Part shown: in pieces, positions 24,209-31,920 of the stretch
Layout: every line of letters starts with the position of its first letter
How positions within the stretch are numbered: the stretch's first letter is position 1
Origin: Candidatus Iainarchaeum sp.
GTDB lineage: Archaea; Iainarchaeota; Iainarchaeia; Iainarchaeales; JACQJH01
Reading direction: 5' to 3'
Length of the DNA stretch: 32,000 nucleotides
Assembly: GCA_016205145.1 (NCBI GenBank)
Contig: JACQJH010000001.1
Span: 420,001 to 452,000 of the forward strand
Program-made: the position numbers and the translations under genes
The notes under the pieces: generated by a model
Told to the model about the DNA's origin: nothing
Database searches by the model: none
Seen by the model: the letters and a program-made list of their open reading frames with translations, nothing else

Positions 24209-27200
24209 TCAGAATGCTTCGGCTGCCTCTTTTATGTGAAATTCTTTTCCGCCTTTGCCTGAATCGCTTTCGCCGCCGTTTTCGTTTTCCTTGTCCTGCG
24301 TGTCGGCCGCTTCCGTTATAGTGCCCTGCTTGAGCCTTATGCCTATGACCGAGCTTTTTTCCTTGTTCAACGCTACGCCGATTATCTGGTCGGCCTGCTT
24401 TATGAGCTGCTCATTGTGTGTGATTGCCAAAAACTGCGACGTCTTGCTAATCTCCTTTATCATTCTGCCAAGTTTGATGGAATTTTCGGCGTCAAGCGCG
24501 GCATCGGCCTCGTCGAAAACATAGAATGGCGCGGGCTCGTACAGCTGGATTGCGAACAGGAATGCGAGCGCTGTAAGGCTTTTTTCCCCGCCGCTCATGG
24601 AATCAATGTTCTGCAATGCTTCCTTGTGCTTTGCCTGGATTATGAGGCCGGCTTCAAGCGGGTTTTCCGGGTTGCTTAAAGAGAGGTTGCCTGCGCCGCT
24701 GAAAAACGAGTAGAACAGCCTGTTGAAGTTCTTGTTGATTGCGCTGAAGCAGTCCATGAAAACGTTTGTCCTTTTGACCTCGATTTTGCCTATCATGTCC
24801 AATACCGCGAGCCTTTCCTGTTCGAGTTTTCCGGATTTTTCGGTTATGTCGGAAACCTCTTTTTTGAGTTCCTCGAACGAGGCGACGGCGCGCATGTTTA
24901 TTGCGCCGAGCTTTTGGATGCGCTTTTCTATTTCGGGAACCCTTCTCTTGAGCTCTTCCAGGTCGAACCTTTCAAGCGGCTTTGTTCCCTCGAACAGTTT
25001 GGATTCCTCTTTGAGGTCGTTTTCCCTTACTTCAAGCCTGCTGTTTTCAATGATGACCTGGTTTTCAACCTGCTCGGTTTTTTTTATCCTCTGCCTGTGC
25101 GTTTCAATGCGCTCGGCAAATGACCCGGCTTTTTCGGAAACGCGTTTCCTTTTTTCCGCCATGCCCTCGCTTTCCTTCTGCGCCTTTTTCAGGCTGTCCT
25201 GCAGGTCCGAGATTTCGGATTGCAGAATGCCGATGCTTTTACCTTCCGCTGAAACCTGTTCTTCGGCTGAAGAATTTTCAGAGCGTTTTGCGGAAATTTC
25301 CTCAAGGACGCCTTTCCTTTCCGAGTCGAGCCTGGCAAGCCTTTCGTTTTGGATGCCTGACTGTTTCTGCTCGTCAAGGCTTACCTGCCTTTCAAGCTGG
25401 GCTATTCTTGATGCAAGCTCCCCGGCTTTGGAATAGCTTGTCTCTGAAAAAAACGCGTCGATTTCAGCCTGCTTTTGGTGCATTGCCTTCCTGTGCCCGT
25501 CAAGGTTTCTTGCATGCCCGTGCATTCTTGCCTCTTTTTCGGCGAGGCTTTTTCCAGAGAGCGTTGAATTGAGCGCTTCAATGTTTTTAGTCGCGGCCGA
25601 CAGTTCGGCTTCAAGCTCTTCGAGGCCGAAAACTTTTTCCCTGTGCCCTGCAACCTCGTCCAAAACCTGTCTGAGCCGCTGCCTTGACTTTTCGGCCTGT
25701 TCGAGCAAGGCTTTTTCCTTTTCCATTTCCTGTTCGGCCAGCTTTTTTTCGGAAAGCCTTTTTTCCAAGAGAATTTTTTTGCGCTCCAGTTCAAGCGGCT
25801 TTTCGCAGACCGGGCAGCTTGAAATGTCCTTTTTGAGTTCGAGAACCGCTTTTTCCGCCTGCCTTGCCGCGGCTTCAAGCTGTTTCAATTTTTCAATCGA
25901 TTTTTTCTGGCCGGCAAAATTGCTTTCAAGCGCTTCCTCCGGGTCGGGGGTCTGCCTCAAAATGTCCGAAAGCCTTGCCTTGAACGCGCGTTTGTGCCCG
26001 GCTTTTTTTTCCGCGCCCTCGGCGCGCGCCTTTTCGGCTTCAAGCTTTTCCCGCACGCTTTCAAGCCACTTTTTTTCCCTTTCCAGATCGATTTCGCATT
26101 TGTGCAGGTTTTCAAGCCCTTCCGCGAGCCTTGCATCGATTTCCTTTTTTTCCCTTTCAAGCTGTTTTCTCGAGGATTCCTTTTCAGAAATTTTTTTGTC
26201 TAATGCGGCCTTCTCGTTTTTGAGTTCGGCGGCCTGCTGCCTGAGTTTCGGCAGAGCCGACTCGATTTTTTGCGTTTCCTCTTCCAGCGTCCTGCGTTCT
26301 TCCAGCAGTGCGGAGGCCTTTTTTTCAAGCCTTTCAATCTCGCTTTCGTTGCGCTGCATTGCCTGCGATTTGCCCCTCACTTTTTCCTCCAAAACGCCTT
26401 TTTTCGCCTTTTTTTCCTCGAGCTTTACCCCGATTTCCGAATACGTTTTTTCGCTCGCCTTCAGCAGTGCTTCTTCAAGCGCCTTTTCCTCTGCTGCCAG
26501 GCCGGAGAGTTCCTGCGCGAGTTCCGAGATTTTCGCCTCGATTTCCGATTTCTCAGAACGCGCCCTGAGGATTTTCGCGTCGTTCTCGGTTTTAGCCTTC
26601 AAAACCCTTTCAAGTTCGCCGAAAATGATTGTAGCCTTGGCCTGCTTTTTTTCGCTTTCAAGGCTGCCGAATTCCATTGCCGCCTTCCTTTCGGCGTCAA
26701 GCTCTTCCAGGTATTTTTCCCTTTCCTTGAGGACAATCCCCGCTTCTTTTATGCGCGAGTCGACTTTTTCAAGCTCTTTCAGGGCTTCCTCTTTTTTTTC
26801 ATCGAATTCGCTTAAGCCCGCGACCTCGTCGATTATTTCGCGCCTCTGCTGCGAGGACATTTCCATTATCCTGGTTATGTCGCCCTGCACGACGATGTTG
26901 TGGCCGGCCGGCTTTATGCCCAGCTCGCCCAGCAGAGAGGAAATTTCGTTGAGAGTCTTTTTTTCGCTGTCAAGCCTGTAAACGCTTTTTCCCTGCTTGT
27001 CGACCATCCTGCTGATTTCAAACTTTTTGTCATTCTCCTTTTCCCTTAACACTATGTCGCATTTCGCATAGCCTTCGTTCGACGAATAGTTGACCAGGTC
27101 AGTGAGCCGGCTTGCGCGCAGCATTTTAAGCGAGGTTATGCCGAAGCCGAACATGAGCGCGTCAAGCAGGTTGCTTTTTCCGCTGCCATTGCTGCCGGCA

Positions 27201-27286
27201 ATGACCGTGAATCCGTCGGCAATCGGCATTTCGGCTTTCCTGAACGACTTGAAGTTCTTGAGCCTCATATGGGACAGTTTTATCAT
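24209..27286 (-). CDS. smc: SMC-family chromosome ATPase with canonical SMC heads, no recognisable hinge, and a CPVC zinc-hook-like motif at the coiled-coil apex
   Basis: N-head: NFKSF, Walker A GSNGSGKSN, LRASRLTDLV and NIVVQGDITRIMEMS. C-head: signature MSGGEKSLTALAFLFAIQ, Walker B FYVFDEADAALD and QFLAITHN. At 1025 aa it is about 150 aa shorter than typical archaeal SMC. Residues ~165-850 read as continuous heptad-rich coiled coil. SSCPVCEKPL is at residues 489-498 (CPVC at nt 25805..25816). Confidence 0.85.
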   Translation of the reverse strand: MIKLSHMRLKNFKSFRKAEMPIADGFTVIAGSNGSGKSNLLDALMFGFGITSLKMLRASRLTDLVNYSSNEGYAKCDIVLREKENDKKFEISRMVDKQGKSVYRLDSEKKTLNEISSLLGELGIKPAGHNIVVQGDITRIMEMSSQQRREIIDEVAGLSEFDEKKEEALKELEKVDSRIKEAGIVLKEREKYLEELDAERKAAMEFGSLESEKKQAKATIIFGELERVLKAKTENDAKILRARSEKSEIEAKISELAQELSGLAAEEKALEEALLKASEKTYSEIGVKLEEKKAKKGVLEEKVRGKSQAMQRNESEIERLEKKASALLEERRTLEEETQKIESALPKLRQQAAELKNEKAALDKKISEKESSRKQLEREKKEIDARLAEGLENLHKCEIDLEREKKWLESVREKLEAEKARAEGAEKKAGHKRAFKARLSDILRQTPDPEEALESNFAGQKKSIEKLKQLEAAARQAEKAVLELKKDISSCPVCEKPLELERKKILLEKRLSEKKLAEQEMEKEKALLEQAEKSRQRLRQVLDEVAGHREKVFGLEELEAELSAATKNIEALNSTLSGKSLAEKEARMHGHARNLDGHRKAMHQKQAEIDAFFSETSYSKAGELASRIAQLERQVSLDEQKQSGIQNERLARLDSERKGVLEEISAKRSENSSAEEQVSAEGKSIGILQSEISDLQDSLKKAQKESEGMAEKRKRVSEKAGSFAERIETHRQRIKKTEQVENQVIIENSRLEVRENDLKEESKLFEGTKPLERFDLEELKRRVPEIEKRIQKLGAINMRAVASFEELKKEVSDITEKSGKLEQERLAVLDMIGKIEVKRTNVFMDCFSAINKNFNRLFYSFFSGAGNLSLSNPENPLEAGLIIQAKHKEALQNIDSMSGGEKSLTALAFLFAIQLYEPAPFYVFDEADAALDAENSIKLGRMIKEISKTSQFLAITHNEQLIKQADQIIGVALNKEKSSVIGIRLKQGTITEAADTQDKENENGGESDSGKGGKEFHIKEAAEAF

Positions 27287-27311
27287 TCAGGACACCCGCA
27301 GCATTCCCTTT

Positions 27312-28118
27312 TCACTCGAAACCGCCATGCTCTTTCCGGATGTAATAAACCGGCAGGACAAGAAAATAATATGCCGTTGCGGCCAGCGCAAAAACGGTTT
27401 CGGCCGCGGCTGAAAGGATTTCATTCCGGCTGAAATACTGCGTCGCAATGAAAGCGCCAATGTTTGAAAGCAGTGCCGAGAACGCGCCCGCCGCGAGCAG
27501 CAAAACGATTATTCCTAAAAGATGCTTTCCTGAGAACTCCCAGGTTTTTTTCAGGCCCTCCTTGAGGCTCAAATCATCGGCTGCAATGATTGTCAGGAGC
27601 ATTGAAAGCTTTATTGCAATGTACGCCGCGGCAAGGAGAAGCACTATGACTGCGATTCCGCCGAAAAAAGCTGACTGCGCCGAAACAAACTGCACGAGCC
27701 AGTACGCAAAAAAGCCTATTGCGGCGACCGACGCGAAAAAAACCGCGATGGCCAGTCCCTTTCCGATGCTTTTGTTGGCATACACGAACGCGGAGGAGGA
27801 CTCCTGCCCGCCTTCAAGGTTTTTTGCGAAATGCGCGTAGAATGCGGTTAACCAGAATGCCAGAACAAATGAAAACGCGAGCTGTATGCCCAGAATTCCG
27901 AGATTGTAGCCGTAAATTGAAATGAAATGGAACGGCTGCTGCAACAGGCCGGTTTCAGGCGCGGCGTTTTGCGCGAGAACGCCGAAAACAAGGTCGCCGA
28001 TCGCCGGCCCGGTCAGGGACAATGAAACGAAATTGGCGAGCGCCACGGCAAGCGCAGGAAAAACCAGCAATGGCTTTGAAGCCACCAATGCGATTGGTTT
28101 GGCTAAGGACTTGAACAT
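27312..28118 (-). CDS. polytopic membrane protein of unknown function
   Basis: 268 aa with about 6 hydrophobic helices. It ends 25 nt upstream of the smc start on the same strand. Confidence 0.6.
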   Translation of the reverse strand: MFKSLAKPIALVASKPLLVFPALAVALANFVSLSLTGPAIGDLVFGVLAQNAAPETGLLQQPFHFISIYGYNLGILGIQLAFSFVLAFWLTAFYAHFAKNLEGGQESSSAFVYANKSIGKGLAIAVFFASVAAIGFFAYWLVQFVSAQSAFFGGIAVIVLLLAAAYIAIKLSMLLTIIAADDLSLKEGLKKTWEFSGKHLLGIIVLLLAAGAFSALLSNIGAFIATQYFSRNEILSAAAETVFALAATAYYFLVLPVYYIRKEHGGFE

Positions 28119-28209
28119 CGGTTTTCACAAGATAATGGTCGGTTTGAATATATTAAGTTTATTGGTTTGCCTTGCTGTTTGCTGTTTGCCGGTGCGAAGC
28201 CCGGCATGG

Positions 28210-28782
28210 TTATGCCGGAGCGCAGACTTCCTGGCCGGCGCAGGACTCGTCCGGCACAATGAATCCTTCCGGGGCCGGGCATTTTTCCGAATAAATGCAG
28301 GACTCATTTGAAACGCTGTCCAGCATTTCCCGGCTTGGCGGGTTTTCGCCGAAGCTTATGAGAATCCTGTCCAAATCCTTTGGCTTATAGCTTCCGAATC
28401 CGCTGTTCGGAACGCCGTTCACGAACATCCGCAGCTTTCCGCCGTTGCCATTGCAGTGTTCGGCAAGGCCGTCATTGAAGCAGTTTTCGTTGAAGCCCAT
28501 TCCGATGCCCGTGAAAAAATCCGCGAGTGTTGCATCCGGGCCGTGGAAATGAATGACGTTCGGGTTGAAGTCGTGGAGGTGCGCAATGGGTGAAAGCGGC
28601 ATTGCGCCGGTGCTCATGAACTGCGCCCTGTTGAAGTCGACCTGCGCCCCGTCAATGAAAACCTTGAAGTCGGCGTGGACGTGGTATGGCTCAGAGCTTT
28701 GCGTCTGCACGCATCCCGCCAATGCAAGGGCCGCGAGCGCCACGCAAACCGGCCACAAAAAATGCGCTGGTTTCAATTCCAC
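28210..28782 (-). CDS. secreted/lipobox protein with His-rich motifs and Cys-rich C-terminus
   Basis: GTG 28782 gives ELKPAHFLWPVCVALAALALAGC, a signal peptide plus a lipobox-like LAGC. The mature part carries YHVHADF, AHLHDF, VIHFHGPD and 4+ C-terminal Cys. The longer ORF to 29037 would overlap the divergent rpl44e start. Confidence 0.55.
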   Translation of the reverse strand: MELKPAHFLWPVCVALAALALAGCVQTQSSEPYHVHADFKVFIDGAQVDFNRAQFMSTGAMPLSPIAHLHDFNPNVIHFHGPDATLADFFTGIGMGFNENCFNDGLAEHCNGNGGKLRMFVNGVPNSGFGSYKPKDLDRILISFGENPPSREMLDSVSNESCIYSEKCPAPEGFIVPDESCAGQEVCAPA

Positions 28783-28977
28783 ACAATCGCCTTGAAATGC
28801 TTTTTTTTGTTTTGGTGTTTTAGTAGTTGAATGGGAATTATCTTTAATGTCTTTTCGCCCGGTTCCGGAAGCCACCAATAGAGTTTTAAACCATCCACTG
28901 CCATATTTTGTAACTGTTTTTTGCCTTCTCCTGGCAAAAAATCTTCGCAAAAAAAGCATTTTTTTAAGGCATTTTTC

Positions 28978-29253
28978 ATGAACATTCCAAAGGTCATAAG
29001 GACTTACTGCAGGAAGTGCAACCAGCACACCGAGCATAAGCTCAAGATTTTCAAGTCGGGCAAGGCAAGGGCCATGTCCGAAGGCCAGAGGAAAAACATC
29101 CAGAAGAAAAAGGGCTACAAGGGAAAATACCAGTTTACGGCCGTTGTCAAGAAGCAGAACAAGAAGCCCACCTTTGTCGCCGAATGCTCTGTCTGCGGCT
29201 CAAAGCACTACCATGTCGTGCCCAAGCGCATGAAAAAAGTCGAGCTGACTTAA
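28978..29253 (+). CDS. rpl44e: 50S ribosomal protein L44e (eL42)
   Basis: MNIPKVIRTYCRKCNQHTEHK...CSVCGSKH is the zinc-ribbon CxxC...CxxC pattern of L44e. The start is set at ATG 28978. Confidence 0.9.
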   Translation: MNIPKVIRTYCRKCNQHTEHKLKIFKSGKARAMSEGQRKNIQKKKGYKGKYQFTAVVKKQNKKPTFVAECSVCGSKHYHVVPKRMKKVELT

Positions 29254-29580
29254 GGGCTTCCGGCTTTTTTAAATGCTATTCTTCATCCCTGAGGCCGTTC
29301 AGCAATTCTGCTTTCGAATAGGATTTTTTCCTTGCCAAGCTTCCAGCCAACGATTTTTCGATGGCGGATTTTTTGGTCCGAATTACGTTTTTCATAAAGC
29401 CACTATTACAATTTATGGGTTATTTTACTATAACTGCTTTGCTTTGGCTTTTTTTCGCAGGGTGGGCGGTAGAGCGGCAATGCATTTATGTATATGTTGG
29501 GGGCTTCTTGAAGTTTTTTTTCCCTTTCTCTGGTCAAGTTGCCGCTGGTTTTTTATACCGCCTCAGCCTAATAGCTTAAC

Positions 29581-30426
29581 ATGGCCGCGCATAATTCGAT
29601 TTTGTTAATCATCAAGCAGCATAACGGCATCGACCAGGTCTCACTGCTCAACAAGCTTTCCCAGAACTATGCGAGCATGAATTCCGCGCGCGCCGCATTG
29701 AGCCGCGCCTTGAAGGACCTTTCAGCTGTCGGTCTTATCCAGAAAAAGGATAACGCGATTTTTGTCACGGACAAGGGAAACACACTAATCCACTCGGAAA
29801 TGAAAAACAAGCTGTTGCTCAAGCTCAACACTTCCATAAAGCAGAAGGACAGCCTCAACCACATCGACGAAATTGTCAGCCAGCTTTCAACTCTCATTGC
29901 AAGGGCGAAGGCCGACTCCGACCTGCTGAAAGCCGCAAAGGGCAGCACGGACTTCTATTTGTCCGACCTCAACGAGCTGAGCGAAGGCCTTGACCGGCGC
30001 ATAAAGCAGTTCTCCTATCTTGACGGCGTCCTCAAAAACCAGATAACTGCATTGCAGGAACTCAACTTCTACGACGCAAGGCAGTTCGAATGGGCTTCTC
30101 AGGCCCTCGAACTCATAAAATCGGTTCCATCGCAGACCGAAGGCAACACTTTCACTGTGGAATGCCTCAACGAATCCTTTTTTGAAACAGTGAAGCAGGC
30201 CTTCCAGCCGAAAGTGCAGGGCAAAAACATAGTGCTCGAAGACCAGTCACTGCCGAACCTGCTCATGCTCTTGCAGGAAAACCATTCGCTCGAATACAAC
30301 ACAGTCAACCTCTATTTTGCCACAATCCGCATCAGAATTTCCTTTCCGCAAATCCTGTTGTTCGGGCCGTACCAAAAGCTCGAGGAACTGCAGAAAGCAG
30401 GTGCCTTGGCAGCGGCAAAAAAATAG
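29581..30426 (+). CDS. hypothetical protein with N-terminal winged-helix (MarR/ArsR-like) domain
   Basis: ILLIIKQHNGIDQVSLLNKLSQ...ALSRALKDLSAVGLIQKKDNAIFVTDKGNTL resembles a wHTH. The remaining ~200 aa are helical and of unknown function. Confidence 0.55.
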   Translation: MAAHNSILLIIKQHNGIDQVSLLNKLSQNYASMNSARAALSRALKDLSAVGLIQKKDNAIFVTDKGNTLIHSEMKNKLLLKLNTSIKQKDSLNHIDEIVSQLSTLIARAKADSDLLKAAKGSTDFYLSDLNELSEGLDRRIKQFSYLDGVLKNQITALQELNFYDARQFEWASQALELIKSVPSQTEGNTFTVECLNESFFETVKQAFQPKVQGKNIVLEDQSLPNLLMLLQENHSLEYNTVNLYFATIRIRISFPQILLFGPYQKLEELQKAGALAAAKK

Positions 30427-30480
30427 TTATTTGCCAGCCTGGAAAACTTTTGGGAAAAGTTTTATCAAAACTCACGGAAC

Positions 30481-30504
30481 AACCCGTTGCTTGCGCAACG
30501 GGTT
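30481..30504 (-). other. 10-bp perfect hairpin with GCAA tetraloop in the tRNA-Gly 3' trailer
   Basis: The minus strand reads AACCCGTTGC-gcaa-GCAACGGGTT, starting 2 nt after the tRNA 3' end. The stem CCGTTGC/GCAACGG resembles hairpin 0 of repeat copy 1. Confidence 0.4.
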
Positions 30505-30540
30505 TTGCGCCCGCCGGGATTCGAACCCGGGTCATGACCT

Positions 30541-30649
30541 TGTTCCGCACGGAATGTCGTCCTTTACAGCAGGAATTTTTGCTGGGGTTTACTCGGCGTA
30601 TTGCAAAAGCAATACGCCTTGGTTTCGAACCCGCCGGACGAAACCGGCG
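30541..30649 (-). other. tRNA-Gly intron (109 nt)
   Basis: It lies between the exon boundaries given above. About 82 of its nucleotides are repeat copy 5, read antisense. Confidence 0.75.
30567..30648 (+). repeat. structured repeat, copy 5 (inside the tRNA-Gly intron, antisense to the tRNA)
   Basis: Hairpin 0 is CAGCA-ggaatttt-TGCTG. TTACTC is at 30589. Hairpin 1 is GGCGTATTGC-aaaa-GCAATACGCC, followed by TTGGTTTCGAACCC and then GCCGG-acgaaa-CCGGC. It ends 1 nt from the 5' splice site. Confidence 0.85.
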
Positions 30650-30843
30650 TGGGAAGGTCAGATGCTACCATTACACCACAGGCGCGCCTGCATTGTTTTT
30701 TTTGCTGAAGCAGACGATAAAAAGGTGAAAGTTAGATTTTTTAAAACCGACAATTTTTTGCCGCTCCGCCGGAACGAGTTGCCAGAAAAGCTTTTATAGG
30801 CTGCAACCGTTTCTTTTTTTGCCAGCTTTTTTGGTGATCGTAT

Positions 30844-31920
30844 ATGCCCGCCAAGGTAACGAATCGAGCCAAGCCGAAATCCGGGGCAAAGGCCGATTTG
30901 GAGTTGCTTCTTGAACTGATGAACCTTTTCGGGGTTTCGGGCAGCGAGAAAAGCGTGCGCGATTTCATAATCAAAAAGATCCGGCCGCACGTCGATTCGA
31001 TCAAGGTCGACAGGCTCGGCAACCTTGTCGCGACGCAGAAAGGCAGGAAGCCGAAGATAATGCTTGCCGCGCACATGGATGAGATCGGCTTGATGGTGAA
31101 GAGCATCGACCATACCGGCAGCCTGTTCCTTTCCGAAATTGGTTCAATGGCTTCGAAAACCCTTCTTGGCCAGCGCGTCCTCGTGCAATCCGGCAAAGGC
31201 CTGTTGCCTGGCGTGATTTCAACCAAGGCGATTTCCAACTGGGTTGAATCGGACAATTCCGATTCGGAGCTGAAAAACATGTTTGTCGACACCGGCCTCG
31301 ACCTGGCTGCAGTGAAGCGCGCCGGCGTAACCGTTGGAAGCACGGTTTCCCTTGTGCAGGACAATGTTTTTCTTGCAGGCGGCAGGCTTGTCTGCGGCAA
31401 GGCCCTGGACGACCGGGTCGGCTGTTTTGTGCTCATCGAGCTTGCAAGGCGCCTGAGGAAAACGCCGGAAGAAATAGATTTTGTTTTCACTGTGCAGGAA
31501 GAGGTTGGGTTGTATGGCAGCAGGACAAGCGCGTTCTCGGTCGACCCCGACATCGGCATAGCGGTTGACGTGACGAATTCGAATGACGTGCTTGAAGACC
31601 GGCCGACAAAGATTCTGGGCAATGGCCCTGTGCTCATAGTCAAGGATTCGGACATGATTGCAAGCAAGTCCATCAATGACGCGCTTATCGCAATAGCAAA
31701 GCGGAGGAAGGCATCATTGCAGCTTGCGGTGATGAGCGGCGGCACTACCGATGCGTTGAGCATTTCTCTTTCACGCGAGGGCGTTCCTGCAACCGTTGTC
31801 GGCGTTCCGGTAAGGAACATGCACACTGTTTTCGGCATCGCTTCATTGCAGGACATCGAAGAGCTTGTTTTGCTGCTGGAGGATTTTTTGAAAAAGCCGC
31901 CGAAAATCCGCCCGCAGTGA
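30844..31920 (+). CDS. M42-family (TET/FrvX-like) metallo-aminopeptidase
   Basis: LFGVSGSEKSVRDFI, AAHMDEIGLMV, ALDDRVGCFVLIE and VQEEVGLYGS are metal-ligand motifs of the M42 peptidase family. Confidence 0.88.
   Translation: MPAKVTNRAKPKSGAKADLELLLELMNLFGVSGSEKSVRDFIIKKIRPHVDSIKVDRLGNLVATQKGRKPKIMLAAHMDEIGLMVKSIDHTGSLFLSEIGSMASKTLLGQRVLVQSGKGLLPGVISTKAISNWVESDNSDSELKNMFVDTGLDLAAVKRAGVTVGSTVSLVQDNVFLAGGRLVCGKALDDRVGCFVLIELARRLRKTPEEIDFVFTVQEEVGLYGSRTSAFSVDPDIGIAVDVTNSNDVLEDRPTKILGNGPVLIVKDSDMIASKSINDALIAIAKRRKASLQLAVMSGGTTDALSISLSREGVPATVVGVPVRNMHTVFGIASLQDIEELVLLLEDFLKKPPKIRPQ

Larger units (their letters stand above)
30506..30685 (-). tRNA. tRNA-Gly(CCC) with a 109-nt intron at the canonical 37/38 position
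   Basis: Exon 1 (30685..30650) is GCGCCTG-TG-GTGT-AATGGTA-GCAT-C-TGACC-TTCCCA. Exon 2 (30540..30506) is A-GGTCA-TGAC-CCGGG-TTCGAAT-CCCGG-CGGGCGC-A. The acceptor stem has 7/7 pairs (one G:U), with A73. The anticodon-loop UUCC can pair with the intron GGAA just before the 3' splice site, flanked by 3-nt bulges (BHB-like). Confidence 0.8.

Noticed and set aside
25569-26981. 470-aa plus-strand ORF rich in Ser/Phe
   Set aside because: It is antisense to the SMC coiled-coil region. The Glu/Lys-rich codons of that region generate an open Ser/Phe/Leu-rich frame on the opposite strand.
24209-27286. Annotating the hook-bearing protein as Rad50
   Set aside because: The head motifs match SMC rather than Rad50 (FKSF, LRASRLTDLV, QGDITRIMEMS, FDEADAALD). 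No Mre11 gene is adjacent. Only the apex motif is Rad50-like.
28783-29037. Upstream 85 codons of ORF 28210..29037
   Set aside because: This part would overlap the divergent rpl44e start and promoter region. A GTG at 28782 yields a typical signal peptide plus lipobox directly.
29276-29395. 39-aa minus-strand ORF (MKNVIRTKKSAIEKSLAGSLARKKSYSKAELLNGLRDEE) in the 330-bp spacer after rpl44e
   Set aside because: It is a plausible-looking small basic peptide, but nothing supports it beyond an open frame. I recognised no motif and saw no clear ribosome-binding site, so I left it unannotated.
3681-30648. Hammerhead-type ribozyme suggested by the conserved CGAAAC in the repeat
   Set aside because: No CUGAUGA core element or suitably placed cleavage triplet accompanies it in any copy.
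30741-31856. 371-aa minus-strand ORF
   Set aside because: It is antisense to the M42 aminopeptidase gene, which has clear metal-ligand motifs.
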